Source: Trueperaceae bacterium
GTDB taxonomy: Bacteria > Deinococcota > Deinococci > Deinococcales > Trueperaceae
DNA: 64,000 nt
Direction: 5' to 3'
Assembly (NCBI GenBank): GCA_034521815.1
Contig: JAXHLW010000013.1
Location: 160,001-224,000 of the forward strand
A model generated the notes under the pieces. The model was not told where the DNA came from. It did no database searches and saw nothing but the letters and a program-made list of their open reading frames with translations. The translations under genes were made by a program, and so were the position numbers. Below, one piece after another: positions 63,725 to 64,000 of this stretch; the stretch's first letter is position 1, and the number at the start of each line of letters is the position of its first letter.

Positions 63725-64000
63725 AAACCGATTATCCCCGTTGGGGACGGTGTTCGTAGACGCGCGGCGACTCTTTCTGGAGAGCCGCGCTTCTTCGTGT
63801 GCCCGGCGTGTGCGAGCTCCAGCGGCGAGAGCCCTCCGGTTTCGCCCAGCTGCCTTCGATAGGCGCCTCGCCCTTCACCCAGCATGAAGCCGAGCATGGG
63901 CCGCCTTGTGCTTGGAGCGACGGCAGCGTAGCGCCGGGCGCTGCTAGCGTCACGAGGATTGGGGGTGGACGATGCCGATGCGTGGTCGTGAGCGTCGCCG

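Noticed and set aside
63725-64000. Second element inserted in tandem beyond the right att
   Set aside because: Only hairpins and short ORFs are visible; the window ends too soon to tell.

Overview
High-GC bacterial chromosome segment, most likely Deinococcota (Trueperaceae-like). That assignment is inferred from the Deinococcus/Thermus-type PPIase, prepilin peptidase, class II ribonucleotide reductase and tyrosine recombinase, and from frequent leaderless promoters. Positions 1-45.2 kb are mostly core or metabolic genes: leuS (partial), lpdA, argF-argC-argJ, prepilin peptidase, OmpH/Skp, ffh-rpsP-khpA-rimM-trmD, a TPR protein, malic enzyme, GerMN, an S41 peptidase, tRNA-Arg(CCG), a SurA-like PPIase, purH, a tandem-duplicated decaheme cytochrome c, an NrdR-regulated B12-dependent ribonucleotide reductase, a DUF1206/DAGK/PHP/PAP2 block, a GNAT, an HD-GYP protein, a ROK-regulated sugar ABC/oxidoreductase/xylAB operon and MazG. 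An ~18.5 kb integrative element lies between tRNA-Asn(GTT) and a 39-bp duplication of its 3' end (45197-45235 and 63684-63722). It carries two tyrosine recombinases, an RHH regulator, a DUF3467-like/HicB-like/HicA-like triplet, five IS elements (IS30, IS5, and an abutting IS1182-IS1380-IS4 stack), a duplicated structured ~63-nt element, and a tiny Trp-motif lipoprotein paired with a secreted phage-fibre-like protein. The strongest leads are the lipoprotein-fibre pair, the three-gene TA-like module, a leaderless Leu leader peptide upstream of leuS, the decaheme cytochrome and the duplicated RNA-like element. Many genes have single-base frameshifts, densest in the island. These may be long-read consensus errors rather than true pseudogenes. 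All family assignments come from motif recognition by eye; no database searches were run.
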